DNA from: an uncultured cyanobacterium
GTDB taxonomy: Bacteria; Cyanobacteriota; Cyanobacteriia; Pseudanabaenales; Pseudanabaenaceae
Direction of reading: 5' to 3'
Assembly (NCBI GenBank): GCA_963703315.1
Contig: OY969811.1
Coordinates: forward strand, 2,144,001 to 2,208,000
Length of the DNA: 64,000 bases
Position 1 is the stretch's first letter; every line of letters starts with the position of its first letter. Made by a program: the position numbers and the translations under genes. The notes below the pieces were generated by a model. That model did not search any database. It was not told the DNA's origin and saw nothing but the letters and a program-made list of their open reading frames with translations. Below, piece by piece: positions 40,335 to 49,479 of this stretch.

Positions 40335-40403
40335 AGAATGGCGGCGCAAAGCGCCGCCATTCTAACAGTCAAATAAAGCGCTTTGCGCTTTATTTGACTG
40401 TTA
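40335..40403. terminator. Two hairpins between convergent genes
   Basis: AGAATGGCGGCGC-AAA-GCGCCGCCATTCT and AACAGTCAAATAAAGCGC-TTT-GCGCTTTATTTGACTGTT. Confidence 0.6.
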
Positions 40404-41073
40404 GAAGCGCTTGATCGATAGTTTGATAACAAGCTTCGATGGAAGCTCCATTTTGCATTTGTTCGGCAAGAGCAATTAAAACGGAACGGCGATCGCTGAG
40501 TAAATTTTTGGCGTTTAACAATGCCCAACGCTCTTGGGTCATGGGATTAGGTAAATTTGCGATCGCTTGACGTAAGCGCTGAATATCATCTAGACCACCT
40601 TCCGTTGCTCCTGCACACATCATTTGCTCAGCAGCGATACCTGCCATATACACTGTGCAGAAGCGATCCAAGAGATTTACCGAACTAACATCTTCGCTCA
40701 CCTCAATTTCCACGCCGCCTTCGATGCCGTTAAAACTCTCACTAGCTAATACTTCTCCTAAGGACTGACCGACAATTCCCGCGATCGCATAGTTGATTAC
40801 CTTGAATCCTAAGATATGAGCAGCGAGAAAATGTCCTGCTTCGTGATAGGAGACACGCTCACGGTATTGCGGATCTCTTGCCCTCAGCCATGCTTGGAAA
40901 TATGCCCCAAATTTGCCTTGATACACGCCTACATCAATGCCCCATACACTGAGTAAGCTAACTGTGATCGCCACAGGCACAATCGGTGATAAACCCACCA
41001 TTGTGCCAACCAGAGACATCATTGTGATTGTAAAAATAGCGATCGCGAGGAAATCAGTAGCAGTAACATTCAT
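40390..41073 (-). CDS. M41-like Zn metalloprotease (no AAA domain)
   Basis: HEAGH, MAGIAAE and GGLDD motifs; N-terminal TMs. Confidence 0.8.
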   Translation of the reverse strand: MNVTATDFLAIAIFTITMMSLVGTMVGLSPIVPVAITVSLLSVWGIDVGVYQGKFGAYFQAWLRARDPQYRERVSYHEAGHFLAAHILGFKVINYAIAGIVGQSLGEVLASESFNGIEGGVEIEVSEDVSSVNLLDRFCTVYMAGIAAEQMMCAGATEGGLDDIQRLRQAIANLPNPMTQERWALLNAKNLLSDRRSVLIALAEQMQNGASIEACYQTIDQALLTVK

Positions 41074-41126
41074 GGCAAGATTTCAATCTATGACTCAGCA
41101 TTCCCGTGAAACGAGGTTACTTACTA

Positions 41127-42074
41127 TTATGGCTTTTTGATAAAAGAACTACTACTATTCTGAGCTTTGTAGAAAGTGGTAAGGCTTTCTTCATCACCAA
41201 CAAAGCGCCAATGCCAAGGCTCATACATTACACCTTGAGGATTATTTGGCGGAAATGACATTTCAAATCCATACTTAGCCGCATTATTTTGTAACCATTG
41301 AAAGGCAGCAGTTTGCTCAAAACTAGTCGAAAGATTAGCACTAGGTACAGATGCGTCACCGATGTCCATCGCATAGCCTGTGTGATGCTCGCTATGTCCA
41401 GGAGGCGCACTCACCTTAGCGCGTTGGGCTGGCGTTTGATTGCGTTGCTTGCTGATTTCAAAGAAAAGTTGTTGTTGCTCAGAGATCGTCCGAAATCCTG
41501 AAATCACCACAAAATCAACACCATCAGCTTTGGCGGCGGCTTCCATACTCAGGTAACTTTTCGCGGCTGTATCCCGTAGCTTAATTTCATAGCCATCACT
41601 AGCCCTACCAATCGTAGTTAATTGATTAGTAGCCGCCTCTTTATAGGGATAATGACCAAAGAGCGCAGGAGGACTATCGGTTGCTGCCTTAGGAAGGACT
41701 GCGGGATTCTTGCTTGGGACTTTATTGGTAGGTGATGGAGTTGTGCTTATAAAGGGTGCAACGGTAGGACTAGCGGAAGGTTTTACTTGGGGTTCTGGTG
41801 CAGATTGAGGGCTTTCGGCAGTGGTCATACTTGCCTGTGGTTGATTTGTCGCATTAGCATTAAGAGAAAACCAAATGCGAGTACTGACGATGGGAGACAA
41901 AAAGGCTAGGACAGCTAAACCATATCCCCACCAAGGAACTGCTTGTAGCGATCGCGCAATTGGATTGGATTGGACTTGCTTTTGGGGCGATCGCTGGGGA
42001 TCGCTGACCCTCTGGGCGATGGGGATATCGTTTTGGGTAGTCATAGGTGTATAAACCTTTGAAGTTTTAAGCAC
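41127..42074 (-). CDS. M15B D-alanyl-D-alanine carboxypeptidase (VanY-like)
   Basis: SGFR, SAPPGHSEHHTGYAMD and EPWHWRF motifs. Confidence 0.92.
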   Translation of the reverse strand: MLKTSKVYTPMTTQNDIPIAQRVSDPQRSPQKQVQSNPIARSLQAVPWWGYGLAVLAFLSPIVSTRIWFSLNANATNQPQASMTTAESPQSAPEPQVKPSASPTVAPFISTTPSPTNKVPSKNPAVLPKAATDSPPALFGHYPYKEAATNQLTTIGRASDGYEIKLRDTAAKSYLSMEAAAKADGVDFVVISGFRTISEQQQLFFEISKQRNQTPAQRAKVSAPPGHSEHHTGYAMDIGDASVPSANLSTSFEQTAAFQWLQNNAAKYGFEMSFPPNNPQGVMYEPWHWRFVGDEESLTTFYKAQNSSSSFIKKP

Positions 42075-42199
42075 GATTAATAAGCACAGTTAAATATATA
42101 GCAATAAATCTGGAAATTAGAATTCGCACAAAGTGGGAATTTTTGATTGACTGAATTAAAACCCAGAGAAATTTTTGAAAGCGCCGCTTCGCGGCGCTT

Positions 42200-42589
42200 T
42201 CAAAAATTTCTCTGTACTACTTCTAAAAGATTGCCATCGGGATCGTTTAAAAATAAGATTTTTTGTCCCCAAGGCATCACATTAGGTGGTGAAATTATAT
42301 CTACGGAAATATTAGCTTGTCGATCGCATATTTCTTGATAAACCTGATCCAGATTATTCACAGTCATCGAGAGTAAGAAAGGATGACCACTGATAGTCTG
42401 CTCACCGCGATCGCCAAATAATTTAGGTAACCAACTGCGATCGTATAGCCCAATTTTCAGCTTGCCGCTATAGCCCTCCGCACTATCAGGTTTGGCTGGT
42501 TTGTCAAACTGAAAGCCTAACACCTCACGATAAAAAATAAGCGATCGCGCTACATCAGCAACAAATAGAGCAATATAATCAATTTCCAT
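42200..42589 (-). CDS. VOC/glyoxalase family protein
   Basis: YIALFVADVARSLIFY, MPWG and DPDGNLLEV motifs. Confidence 0.9.
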   Translation of the reverse strand: MEIDYIALFVADVARSLIFYREVLGFQFDKPAKPDSAEGYSGKLKIGLYDRSWLPKLFGDRGEQTISGHPFLLSMTVNNLDQVYQEICDRQANISVDIISPPNVMPWGQKILFLNDPDGNLLEVVQRNF

Positions 42590-42605
42590 CTCATCTAGCT
42601 CCTAT

Positions 42606-42702
42606 AAAAACTAAAAATGGCGTTGCCATTTTTAGTTTTGAAAACCCTTACTGGATTTGGTTTTTAATTCACAAAAGTGTGCCACCACTTTTGTGAATTG
42701 GT
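42606..42702. repeat. Dispersed ~100-bp double-hairpin repeat (empty copy)
   Basis: AAAACTAAAAATGGC-GTT-GCCATTTTTAGTTTT..AACCCTTACTGG..AATTCACAAAAGTG..CACTTTTGTGAATT. Confidence 0.7.
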
Positions 42703-42706
42703 ACAG

Positions 42707-44200
42707 TTATGGATTTTCCTGCAAAATTGCTTCAGGGCGATCGCTTGTTAATTCATTTTTCAATCCATTTATCTCAACAGATGATGACTCCGCTAAAACT
42801 GCTGTTTGAGGAGGATTAAACTTGCCATTTTTCTCGTCAGGTAGCCATTTTAGAAATGGTAATGGTAATAGACTGCTGAGGTTCGCAATGACGATCAAAA
42901 TCCAGAGATTATCAAAATTAGATTCAGTCACACCGAGAAAATGGGTGAGTACAGCCCCTAATTGGAATGAACATAGGGCGGAGATATTAATCACTGACAT
43001 CAAAAGTGCAAATAAAGTTGCTTCGATACCTTCAGGACAGAGCCTTGCTGCCAAAACTAAAATAGGCATAAACGCAATTCTGCCAGCAACGGTCAAAATC
43101 AAGCTATCGCCAAGACTAAACCAGCGATCGTCAATGCCTAACGTTCTATTAGCATGAGTGACTAACAATAAACTAGTTAGTCCCAAAACAGTGGAAATAA
43201 TCGTTGTCCAAAAGAAAATTGTGCGGGTTGGCACACCTTTAAAAAAGCGTTGGAATAGCCACACTCCCAGAAGTCCTGCCCAACTCGCAAAAAATTTAAT
43301 TGTTCCTAAAAATTCTGGATTAAATTTCAGTTCATTGGTAGTGAAATAGAAAAAAGCGGTATCCGAACTGGGTGTTGCTTGCCAAATAAACAAGAAAAGT
43401 GTCGGTAGCCAAATTGCTTTATTGGTAAAGGCTTGACGCAACTGCCCAAAGTTGAACTTCAGCGACATCCATAGTTGCGAATTTCTCGATAAAGGTTTAG
43501 AAGTTACCGACTCTTGATTAGTTGTGGCATTAGTTGCTGCTGTGTCAGGAGCCACAATATGTACGTTAGACATTGGTGGATCAGCGATCGCAAAGGCAGC
43601 AATCCCCACTAGTAATGGTAGAAAGGCTGTAATCTCAAATACGAACTTCGCGCCAAAATGCTCCAATAAATAGCCACTCAAATATGCCGAGATAATTGCG
43701 CCAATTGATGAGGCAATCCAGCTAAAGGACTGCAAAGATCCTGCATCTCCCTCTGGTTCTAGTCTTGCGCGTTGGACAATTAGGGCATCCGTAATCGCAT
43801 CAGAAAAAGCTAGAGATAGTCCACCCAACGCAATCATCGCGATCGCCCAAAAGGGAGTAGTAACCCATATTCCCAAGCTCAACCAAGCAAAAATCCCTAA
43901 AACACTGGACAGCAACAGGTAAGGGCGACGACGATAGCCAAATATCGGCAATCCATCCGAAATCAGACCATAAAGGGGTTTAATCGTCCAAGGTAGCATG
44001 GTAATACCGACCATTGAAGCCACTTCCGCAGGACTTAATCCCAAATCATCTTTGAGGAAAAAACTCACGGCAAGCTGCGAGATCGCCATTGCCCCTTGTA
44101 CGAAATAAATAGTAGCGATCGCTGCCAACTCAAGGTCAAACGAGCGCCCCCGTAAACTTTTGAGCCAGTCTGATTGGATTAGCACTATAGGATTGCCCAA
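42707..44200 (-). CDS. Folate/biopterin (BT1) family MFS transporter
   Basis: LPWTIKPLYGLISD..FGYRRRPY, WQATPS and CPEGIEATLFALLM motifs. Confidence 0.93.
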   Translation of the reverse strand: MGNPIVLIQSDWLKSLRGRSFDLELAAIATIYFVQGAMAISQLAVSFFLKDDLGLSPAEVASMVGITMLPWTIKPLYGLISDGLPIFGYRRRPYLLLSSVLGIFAWLSLGIWVTTPFWAIAMIALGGLSLAFSDAITDALIVQRARLEPEGDAGSLQSFSWIASSIGAIISAYLSGYLLEHFGAKFVFEITAFLPLLVGIAAFAIADPPMSNVHIVAPDTAATNATTNQESVTSKPLSRNSQLWMSLKFNFGQLRQAFTNKAIWLPTLFLFIWQATPSSDTAFFYFTTNELKFNPEFLGTIKFFASWAGLLGVWLFQRFFKGVPTRTIFFWTTIISTVLGLTSLLLVTHANRTLGIDDRWFSLGDSLILTVAGRIAFMPILVLAARLCPEGIEATLFALLMSVINISALCSFQLGAVLTHFLGVTESNFDNLWILIVIANLSSLLPLPFLKWLPDEKNGKFNPPQTAVLAESSSVEINGLKNELTSDRPEAILQENP

Positions 44201-44298
44201 ATATTAAGAAATTTTAATCTCAGTATATTTTAGCCTTTATCGAAAAAATCATCAGAGCCACAATAAAGTTTTTAGGGCTTACACAAGAGTTAGTATCT

Positions 44299-44329
44299 AA
44301 TCGCCTATTCCATCAAATCAAACAGCGAT
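44299..44329 (+). repeat. Paired-HIP1 repeat block A
   Basis: AATCGCCTATTCCATCAAATCAAACAGCGAT. Confidence 0.65.
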
Positions 44330-44381
44330 AATTAAACACTATTTCTGATTATAATCAATATAAAAATTGTGGGCAAAATGT

Positions 44382-44969
44382 ATGATTGCTACTATTGCAT
44401 CGCCTAGCCTATCACCTACAGAATATCTAGAGTGGGAAGTAACACAAGAAGATAGATATGAGTATGAATATGGAGAGGTTATCGAGGTAATAGGGGGGAA
44501 GCTTGAAAACAATGAAATTGCTCTTAATTTAATTGTACTGATCCGAAGTCATTTACGTGATAAAGGTTGTCGTATCCTTGGTGGTGATGCGAAACTCATG
44601 ACCATTCCGAGCAATGTTTATTACTTTCCTGATGTGGTTGTTAGTTGCGATTCTCGCGATCGCTATGCTAGAGAGTTTTTACAATATCCTTGTTTAATTG
44701 CGGAAGTCTTGTCCCCTGCTACAGAAAGTCGCGATCGCGGGATTAAGTTACGCAACTATCTCAAGATCGCTTCATTACAAGAATATATGCTCATCAATTC
44801 AGATTCTCCAAGTATTGAGTTCTATCGTCGTAGCGATCGTACAGAGGTTTGGGAATATCTAACAATCAATAGTTCAGATTTAACCGTTAACGATCCTGAA
44901 GTTCAACTAACTAGCATAGATTTTAATCTTCCGCTATCACTCATCTATGAAAATGTTGATTTTGAGTAG
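44382..44969 (+). CDS. Uma2 family endonuclease
   Basis: YEYEYGEV, FPDVVVSCD and AEVLSPATESRDRGIK motifs. Confidence 0.92.
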   Translation: MIATIASPSLSPTEYLEWEVTQEDRYEYEYGEVIEVIGGKLENNEIALNLIVLIRSHLRDKGCRILGGDAKLMTIPSNVYYFPDVVVSCDSRDRYAREFLQYPCLIAEVLSPATESRDRGIKLRNYLKIASLQEYMLINSDSPSIEFYRRSDRTEVWEYLTINSSDLTVNDPEVQLTSIDFNLPLSLIYENVDFE

Positions 44970-44972
44970 TCC

Positions 44973-45010
44973 TAATCGCCTATTTATCCACATCAAACAG
45001 CGATCACCCT
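44973..45010 (+). repeat. Paired-HIP1 repeat block B
   Basis: TAATCGCCTATTTATCCACATCAAACAGCGATCACCCT. Confidence 0.75.
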
Positions 45011-45053
45011 AGAGTTAGATATACTGAAGTTAATTTACTATTTACTCCTGCCT

Positions 45054-45398
45054 ATGAAATTACCAAATGGCGATCGCCCAGAAATTTCTATGCAAAAGAT
45101 CTTAGGGTATTGCTTAAACATCAATCATGATAAGGGTAAAGACAAGGCGAGAGTATTTCAATCTAGGCTGGGTATTACATTCAAAATACCGATCGCTTGG
45201 TTGAATTAATTCAAGTTGCGGCAGTTGAAGGTGAAGTTGTACAGGAAAGTAATACGAAATTTGGTAAGGAATATAAAGTGGATTGGGAAATCCCTAATAC
45301 TGGAGGTGTTGAGCTTCGGACTATTTGGGAAGTTAGTATAGAGTCTGGTTATCCACGATTGATTATTGATTAGTGCTTTTTTGAAGAGAGAGAAATAA
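45054..45398 (+). pseudogene. Frameshifted DUF6883-like gene, partner of DUF4926
   Basis: MKLPNGDR..GYCLN.NH.KGKDKARVF; frameshift near 45179; duplicated ATTGATT near 45358-45371; the natural stop overlaps the next ATG. Confidence 0.75.
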
Positions 45399-45658
45399 TG
45401 AAAACTCCACAGTTACTTGATACGATCGCTATTCTAAAACCAATTTCCGTAGATAGACTTTCGCTAATGGAATCAGAGTATGATTTTAATTCGGCTTTGC
45501 CAGTGGGATTGGTTGGTACGATTGTGGATATTCATCAGGATAATCAAGGGGTTGATTATTTGGTGGAGTTTGCGGATTCTGATGGGTGTGAGTTTGCGAT
45601 CGCCTATTTGAAGGCTAATGAATTTCTTACTTTGCAGTATGAGCTTGCTGCGGCTTAG
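45398..45658 (+). CDS. DUF4926 domain protein
   Basis: LLDTIAIL, GLVGTIV and YLVEFADSDG motifs. Confidence 0.85.
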   Translation: MKTPQLLDTIAILKPISVDRLSLMESEYDFNSALPVGLVGTIVDIHQDNQGVDYLVEFADSDGCEFAIAYLKANEFLTLQYELAAA

Positions 45659-45663
45659 AGTTG

Positions 45664-45770
45664 TCGCACCTCAACACCACAGACCCGATCGCCTATTTCC
45701 CACATCAAACAGCGATCTCCCCCTCACACCCCAAAAAACAGATCGCCTTTCCCTCACACCAAACAGCGAT
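45664..45770 (+). repeat. Paired-HIP1 repeat block C
   Basis: CCCGATCGCCTATTTCCCACATCAAACAGCGATC... units; about 75 bp nearly identical to block D. Confidence 0.85.
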
Positions 45771-45772
45771 TT

Positions 45773-46030
45773 CTAGTAGTGAAAGCGGCAGGCGAGAATT
45801 CTGATTTTATCGTCTAGAACTTCATAAACTAGACGATGTTCTTGATCGATACGGCGTGACCAGCAGCCAGATAGATCGTGTTTTAGAGCTTCGGGTTGTC
45901 CTGTTCCTTCAAATGGATTACGTTGGACTTCACGAATTAGTTTGATAATTTTTAAAGCTTTTTTACGATCGCTTTCAATCCACCAAGCTAAGTCTTCAAA
46001 AGCATCTGGATCAAATTCCAAGTTTTTCAC
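45773..46030 (-). CDS. yoeB: Txe/YoeB family toxin
   Basis: AFEDLAWW, PFEGTGQPEALKHDLSGCWSRRIDQEHRLVY and CRFHY; probable GTG start at 46030. Confidence 0.93.
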   Translation of the reverse strand: MKNLEFDPDAFEDLAWWIESDRKKALKIIKLIREVQRNPFEGTGQPEALKHDLSGCWSRRIDQEHRLVYEVLDDKIRILACRFHY

Positions 46031-46226
46031 AGGCTGCTTCCAAAGAGATTCCATCTTGACGTTTTCTAGCTTTAAGCAGTCTGTTTTTCATGGCTGGACT
46101 ACTAAGCAAATAGGCGGTTTCTCTTTCTGCCATTAGTTCTTGCCAAAAGGCAACGGGGACAACTACAGAAATTGTTTGCCCTTCTGAATCACAGATGTAT
46201 TGTAATGCGTTAGTCATAGCAGCCAA
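46011..46226 (-). CDS. YefM-like antitoxin
   Basis: ETAYLLSSPAMKNRLL; overlaps yoeB. Confidence 0.85.
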   Translation of the reverse strand: MAAMTNALQYICDSEGQTISVVVPVAFWQELMAERETAYLLSSPAMKNRLLKARKRQDGISLEAACEKLGI

Positions 46227-46257
46227 TATAACTTACTAGATTAACCATAATTATAAC

Positions 46258-46375
46258 TGATCGCCCCTTAACCACCCATCAACGCGATCGCCTATTTCTC
46301 CACATCAAACAGCGATCGCCCCCTCACACCCCAAAAAACAGATCGCCTTTCCCTCACACCAAACAGCGATCGCCC
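46258..46375 (+). repeat. Paired-HIP1 repeat block D
   Basis: Same units and orientation as block C. Confidence 0.85.
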
Positions 46376-46385
46376 ATATTGGTGA

Positions 46386-46601
46386 TTAACTAGAAACTGC
46401 TGCTAATTGAGCAAATAATGGCTTGTCTTTGGGAAGTGTGCTGACTTGAAAGATAGAAAAGCCAATTACTTGACCATTAGTGTTTACTCGCTCCATTAGG
46501 TCGTCGTTTTCAGTTTCTCGCATATAGCCCAATTCATCTGAGAAGCGAACTTCTAGAAAGTCAGCTTCTGGATCGAACCAAATCTTTACAAATTGCGCCA
46601 T
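46386..46601 (-). CDS. DUF2283 domain protein
   Basis: KIWFDPEADFLEVRF..GQVIGFSI. Confidence 0.85.
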   Translation of the reverse strand: MAQFVKIWFDPEADFLEVRFSDELGYMRETENDDLMERVNTNGQVIGFSIFQVSTLPKDKPLFAQLAAVSS

Positions 46602-46897
46602 AGTTCTAATCCTTGTTTTAGTTTGTCTGTAAAATAAGCTGTAATTATAAAGGCATCGTCAGAGTTATCTTTTATTACAACACATAACCATTTTGCCCCA
46701 ACTATTGTTTGTTCGTAAAAACGATAGTACAAGTACACTTGACTATCTGATCTTGATTGTCTTACAACTTCAGGGGTTTGCAGCACTATTTCTAGTTGAA
46801 ATCTCATATCTACCATTTCTGGATGATCAAGAATGTGTTGTAAGCGTTCTTCTGTTAGCCTAATTTGGCGATTTTGGTAGTCGGTAAGTATTTCCAT
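46586..46897 (-). CDS. Putative RelE/BECR-fold nuclease toxin paired with DUF2283
   Basis: IRLTEERLQHILDHPEM, YLYYR and FIITAY motifs. Confidence 0.75.
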   Translation of the reverse strand: MEILTDYQNRQIRLTEERLQHILDHPEMVDMRFQLEIVLQTPEVVRQSRSDSQVYLYYRFYEQTIVGAKWLCVVIKDNSDDAFIITAYFTDKLKQGLELWRNL

Positions 46898-46977
46898 TAT
46901 CTAAGTTAAAAATTAGGCTGCTTCGGTAAATTTAGCGTCTTTAGCGATCGCAAAATCATCAAATTTCACAAAAATAT

Positions 46978-47098
46978 AGCGATCGCCCTTCACCCCCACA
47001 AACCCGATCGCCTATTTCTCCATATCAAACAGCGATCGCCCCTCATCACCCACAAAACCCGATCGCATAAATCTCCACACCAAAAAGCGATCGCCCCA
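46978..47098 (+). repeat. Paired-HIP1 repeat block E
   Basis: Alternating GCGATCGCCCCTCATCACCCACAAA / CCCGATCGCCTATTTCTCCA units. Confidence 0.85.
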
Positions 47099-47194
47099 AA
47101 AAACTAAAAGTGGTTGTAAAATTTGGATATCTGACAACGATTGTGAATTGCCGATTAAAATGCTTATGGTTTATAGTGTGTATGGTGTGTTGAG

Positions 47195-47473
47195 ATGAGT
47201 ACCACTTTCGAGTGGGATGAGCAAAAAGAGGCTGATAATAAGGCAAAGCATGGCTTAGATTTTGAAACTGCTCAATATGCTTTTTTCGATCCAGACCGTT
47301 TGATTGTCCATGATTCGGAACATAGTGAAGTGGAGGAACGTTGGTTTTGTATCGGTAAAGTAGATGATCTTGTATTGACAGTGCGTTTTACTTATCGAGA
47401 TGGAGTGATTCGGATATTTGGGGCTGCTCAATGGCGTAAATGGAGGAAATTTTATGAACAACACAATTCCTGA
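47195..47473 (+). CDS. BrnT family toxin
   Basis: FEWDEQK..NKAKHGLDF..EERWFCIG..IRIFGA. Confidence 0.92.
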   Translation: MSTTFEWDEQKEADNKAKHGLDFETAQYAFFDPDRLIVHDSEHSEVEERWFCIGKVDDLVLTVRFTYRDGVIRIFGAAQWRKWRKFYEQHNS

Positions 47474-47687
47474 TCCTGCTGAACCAATTGGAAATGTCAC
47501 TATTGTTAAAGATTTTTTGCCACCAGTGAATCAGTTAATTCCGAGGCAAAAGACGGTAACGATTACGATGGAATTCACTCAAGAAAGTATTGAGTTCTTT
47601 AAGCGTGAGGCTAAACGCCGTAATTCTTCATATCAAGAAATGATTTCCAATCTTGTGGATGCTTATGCAAAACAGAGTAAGGTATGA
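47454..47687 (+). CDS. BrnA/CopG-like antitoxin
   Basis: DFLPP..TVTITM..SIEFFK..SYQEMI; overlaps brnT. Confidence 0.85.
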   Translation: MNNTIPDPAEPIGNVTIVKDFLPPVNQLIPRQKTVTITMEFTQESIEFFKREAKRRNSSYQEMISNLVDAYAKQSKV

Positions 47688-47698
47688 ATAATTGATTC

Positions 47699-47868
47699 TG
47701 ATCGCCCCCACAACACCCAACACCCGATCGCCCATTCCCTCAAATCAAACAGCGATCACCCCACACCACCCACAAACCCGATCGCCTATTCTCCCAAATC
47801 AAACAGCGATCGCACCCTCATCACCCACAAACCCCGATCGCCCATTTCCACATCAAACAGGGATCGCA
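47699..47868 (+). repeat. Paired-HIP1 repeat block F
   Basis: About three ~50-bp units. Confidence 0.85.
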
Positions 47869-47932
47869 TTGCTAATTTATATTGACGATTACGTTAGAAT
47901 TAATGCAAAACAAGTAGTAGAGCCGTAATGTT

Positions 47933-48142
47933 ATGCAAATAAAAGAACTCACTACCGAACAGTTTCGTTTACTAGTTCGTGAAGTTGTAATTGAAGTGCT
48001 AGAAGAATATATCGATCTAGATGAAGGTAAGAAGTTAAAAGCATCGGTTGTGGAACGCTTATTACGACAACAACATCAACCAACTATTATTCCTGCGGCT
48101 CAAGCTATGCAATCATTGGGGCTTAATTGGGATGAGTTATAG
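47933..48142 (+). CDS. Putative antitoxin
   Basis: MQIKELTTEQF..DLDEG; overlaps a downstream RelE. Confidence 0.75.
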   Translation: MQIKELTTEQFRLLVREVVIEVLEEYIDLDEGKKLKASVVERLLRQQHQPTIIPAAQAMQSLGLNWDEL

Positions 48143-48392
48143 TATTGACTTTACTTCTGAGGCGATCGCTGATCTTGCAAAAATCGACCGCACTAATCAA
48201 ATACGGATAGCTCGTAAAATCAAGTGGTTGGGCGAAAATTTTGAACAAATTACGCCTCTATCACTTTCTGGCAATTTATCAAGCTTTTTTAAGCTGCGTG
48301 TTGGAGATTATCGAGTTCTTTACGAGATCGCGCAATCACAAAAAAGTCTCACTATTCATCAGATCGGACATCGCAGAGAAATTTATGATTAG
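48132..48392 (+). CDS. RelE/ParE family toxin
   Basis: YSIDFT..A..DL, KLRVGDYRVLY and IGHRREIY motifs. Confidence 0.92.
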   Translation: MSYSIDFTSEAIADLAKIDRTNQIRIARKIKWLGENFEQITPLSLSGNLSSFFKLRVGDYRVLYEIAQSQKSLTIHQIGHRREIYD

Positions 48393-48397
48393 ATGAA

Positions 48398-48514
48398 TGA
48401 TCGCCTATTTCCTCAACATCAAACAGCGATCGCCCCTCACTACCCACAAACCCGATCGCCTATCTCCACATAAAACAGCGATCGCCCATTTCCTCAACCA
48501 AAACAGCGATCGCC
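48398..48514 (+). repeat. Paired-HIP1 repeat block G
   Basis: Same units, between two convergent RelE modules. Confidence 0.85.
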
Positions 48515-48517
48515 ATA

Positions 48518-48853
48518 TCAGTATTCGTCATCTTCTAAATCGATTTCTAGATCTGAAATCAAATCTTGTGTAACAGCATAGACATCTCGCTTATCACCTT
48601 CCTTACGCCTTCCTACACCCACGATAACTACCACTACTCGATCTTGTTCGATTCGATAAATAATCCGATAACGCTGTCCGACAGACCGAATACTACGATA
48701 ACCCAATAGTTCTTCAGATAAAGCCTTACCTTGTTTTTCTGGTTCATCCTTGAGCTTCTCAATCCTTTTCAAGATCACGCTTTGTTCGCGCCGATCCTTG
48801 ATTGCAGTAAACAGTTTCTGCGCTTGAACAGAAAAAATAATTCTATATTCCAT
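48518..48853 (-). CDS. RelE/ParE family toxin
   Basis: YRIIFS, GKAL..L.GYRSIR..RYRIIY and VGRRK..DVY motifs. Confidence 0.9.
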   Translation of the reverse strand: MEYRIIFSVQAQKLFTAIKDRREQSVILKRIEKLKDEPEKQGKALSEELLGYRSIRSVGQRYRIIYRIEQDRVVVVIVGVGRRKEGDKRDVYAVTQDLISDLEIDLEDDEY

Positions 48854-48860
48854 AGCAGTA

Positions 48861-49121
48861 TTAGAAACCCAACTCTAATTTCAAGGCTTCTAAACTAATT
48901 GTTTGTCCTAAATCTGCTTGTCGAATACCTTCTCTCAAATCTGCCATAAACTCGCGATCACTTAAAATCTCCATTGTTTCAACCAAGGAAGCAAACTGTT
49001 GCATACTCAAAGCAACAATTACAGGTTTACCGTCTTGCGTGATAATCGCTGGATCTTTGAGGTTCTTAGATAGCGCTGGTAATTGTTGCTGAGCTTCAGC
49101 AACAGTCAAATAATTAAGCAT
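48861..49121 (-). CDS. Phd/YefM family antitoxin
   Basis: TVAEAQQQL, IITQDGKPV and ETMEILSD motifs. Confidence 0.9.
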   Translation of the reverse strand: MLNYLTVAEAQQQLPALSKNLKDPAIITQDGKPVIVALSMQQFASLVETMEILSDREFMADLREGIRQADLGQTISLEALKLELGF

Positions 49122-49191
49122 AATGTTTTTTGAGTGACTATTGTTATTTTAGTCAATTTCAAGTTATTTAAGATTGTACGATATCCAGTCA

Positions 49192-49425
49192 AGCGATCGC
49201 CCCTCATCACCCAAACCCCGATCGCCTAAATCTCAACATCAAACTGCGATCGCCCCTCATCACCCAAAACGCCCGATCGCCTATTCCCCAACAAACAGCG
49301 ATCGCTCCTCAACACCCAAAACCCGATCGCCTATTCTCTGCAAATCAACCAGCGATCGCACCCTCATCACCCATAAAACCCGATCGCCTATTCCCCACAT
49401 CAAACAGCGATCGCCCCTCACCAAA
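49192..49425 (+). repeat. Paired-HIP1 repeat block H
   Basis: Four to five ~50-bp units. Confidence 0.85.
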
Positions 49426-49479
49426 CCTAAAAATTATTTGATAAAATCAGGTGTTAGTGTCAAAGAGGAAATATTTGCT

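Noticed and set aside
47692..47928. 78-aa ORF (TAIAP/RSPI-rich)
   Set aside because: It is a translation of repeat block F.
44299..49425. CRISPR array interpretation of the HIP1-rich repeats
   Set aside because: The units are degenerate tandem repeats without unique equal-length spacers, and no cas genes are present.
27338..49425. Canonical integron attC sites or dif/pdif sites
   Set aside because: No RYYYAAC...GTTRRRY imperfect palindromes or XerC/D-like consensus were recognised, and no tyrosine recombinase lies in the window; not excluded computationally.
49174..49479. N-terminal extension of the DUF2513 ORF
   Set aside because: It is a translation of repeat block H; the family start MKRD is at 49480.
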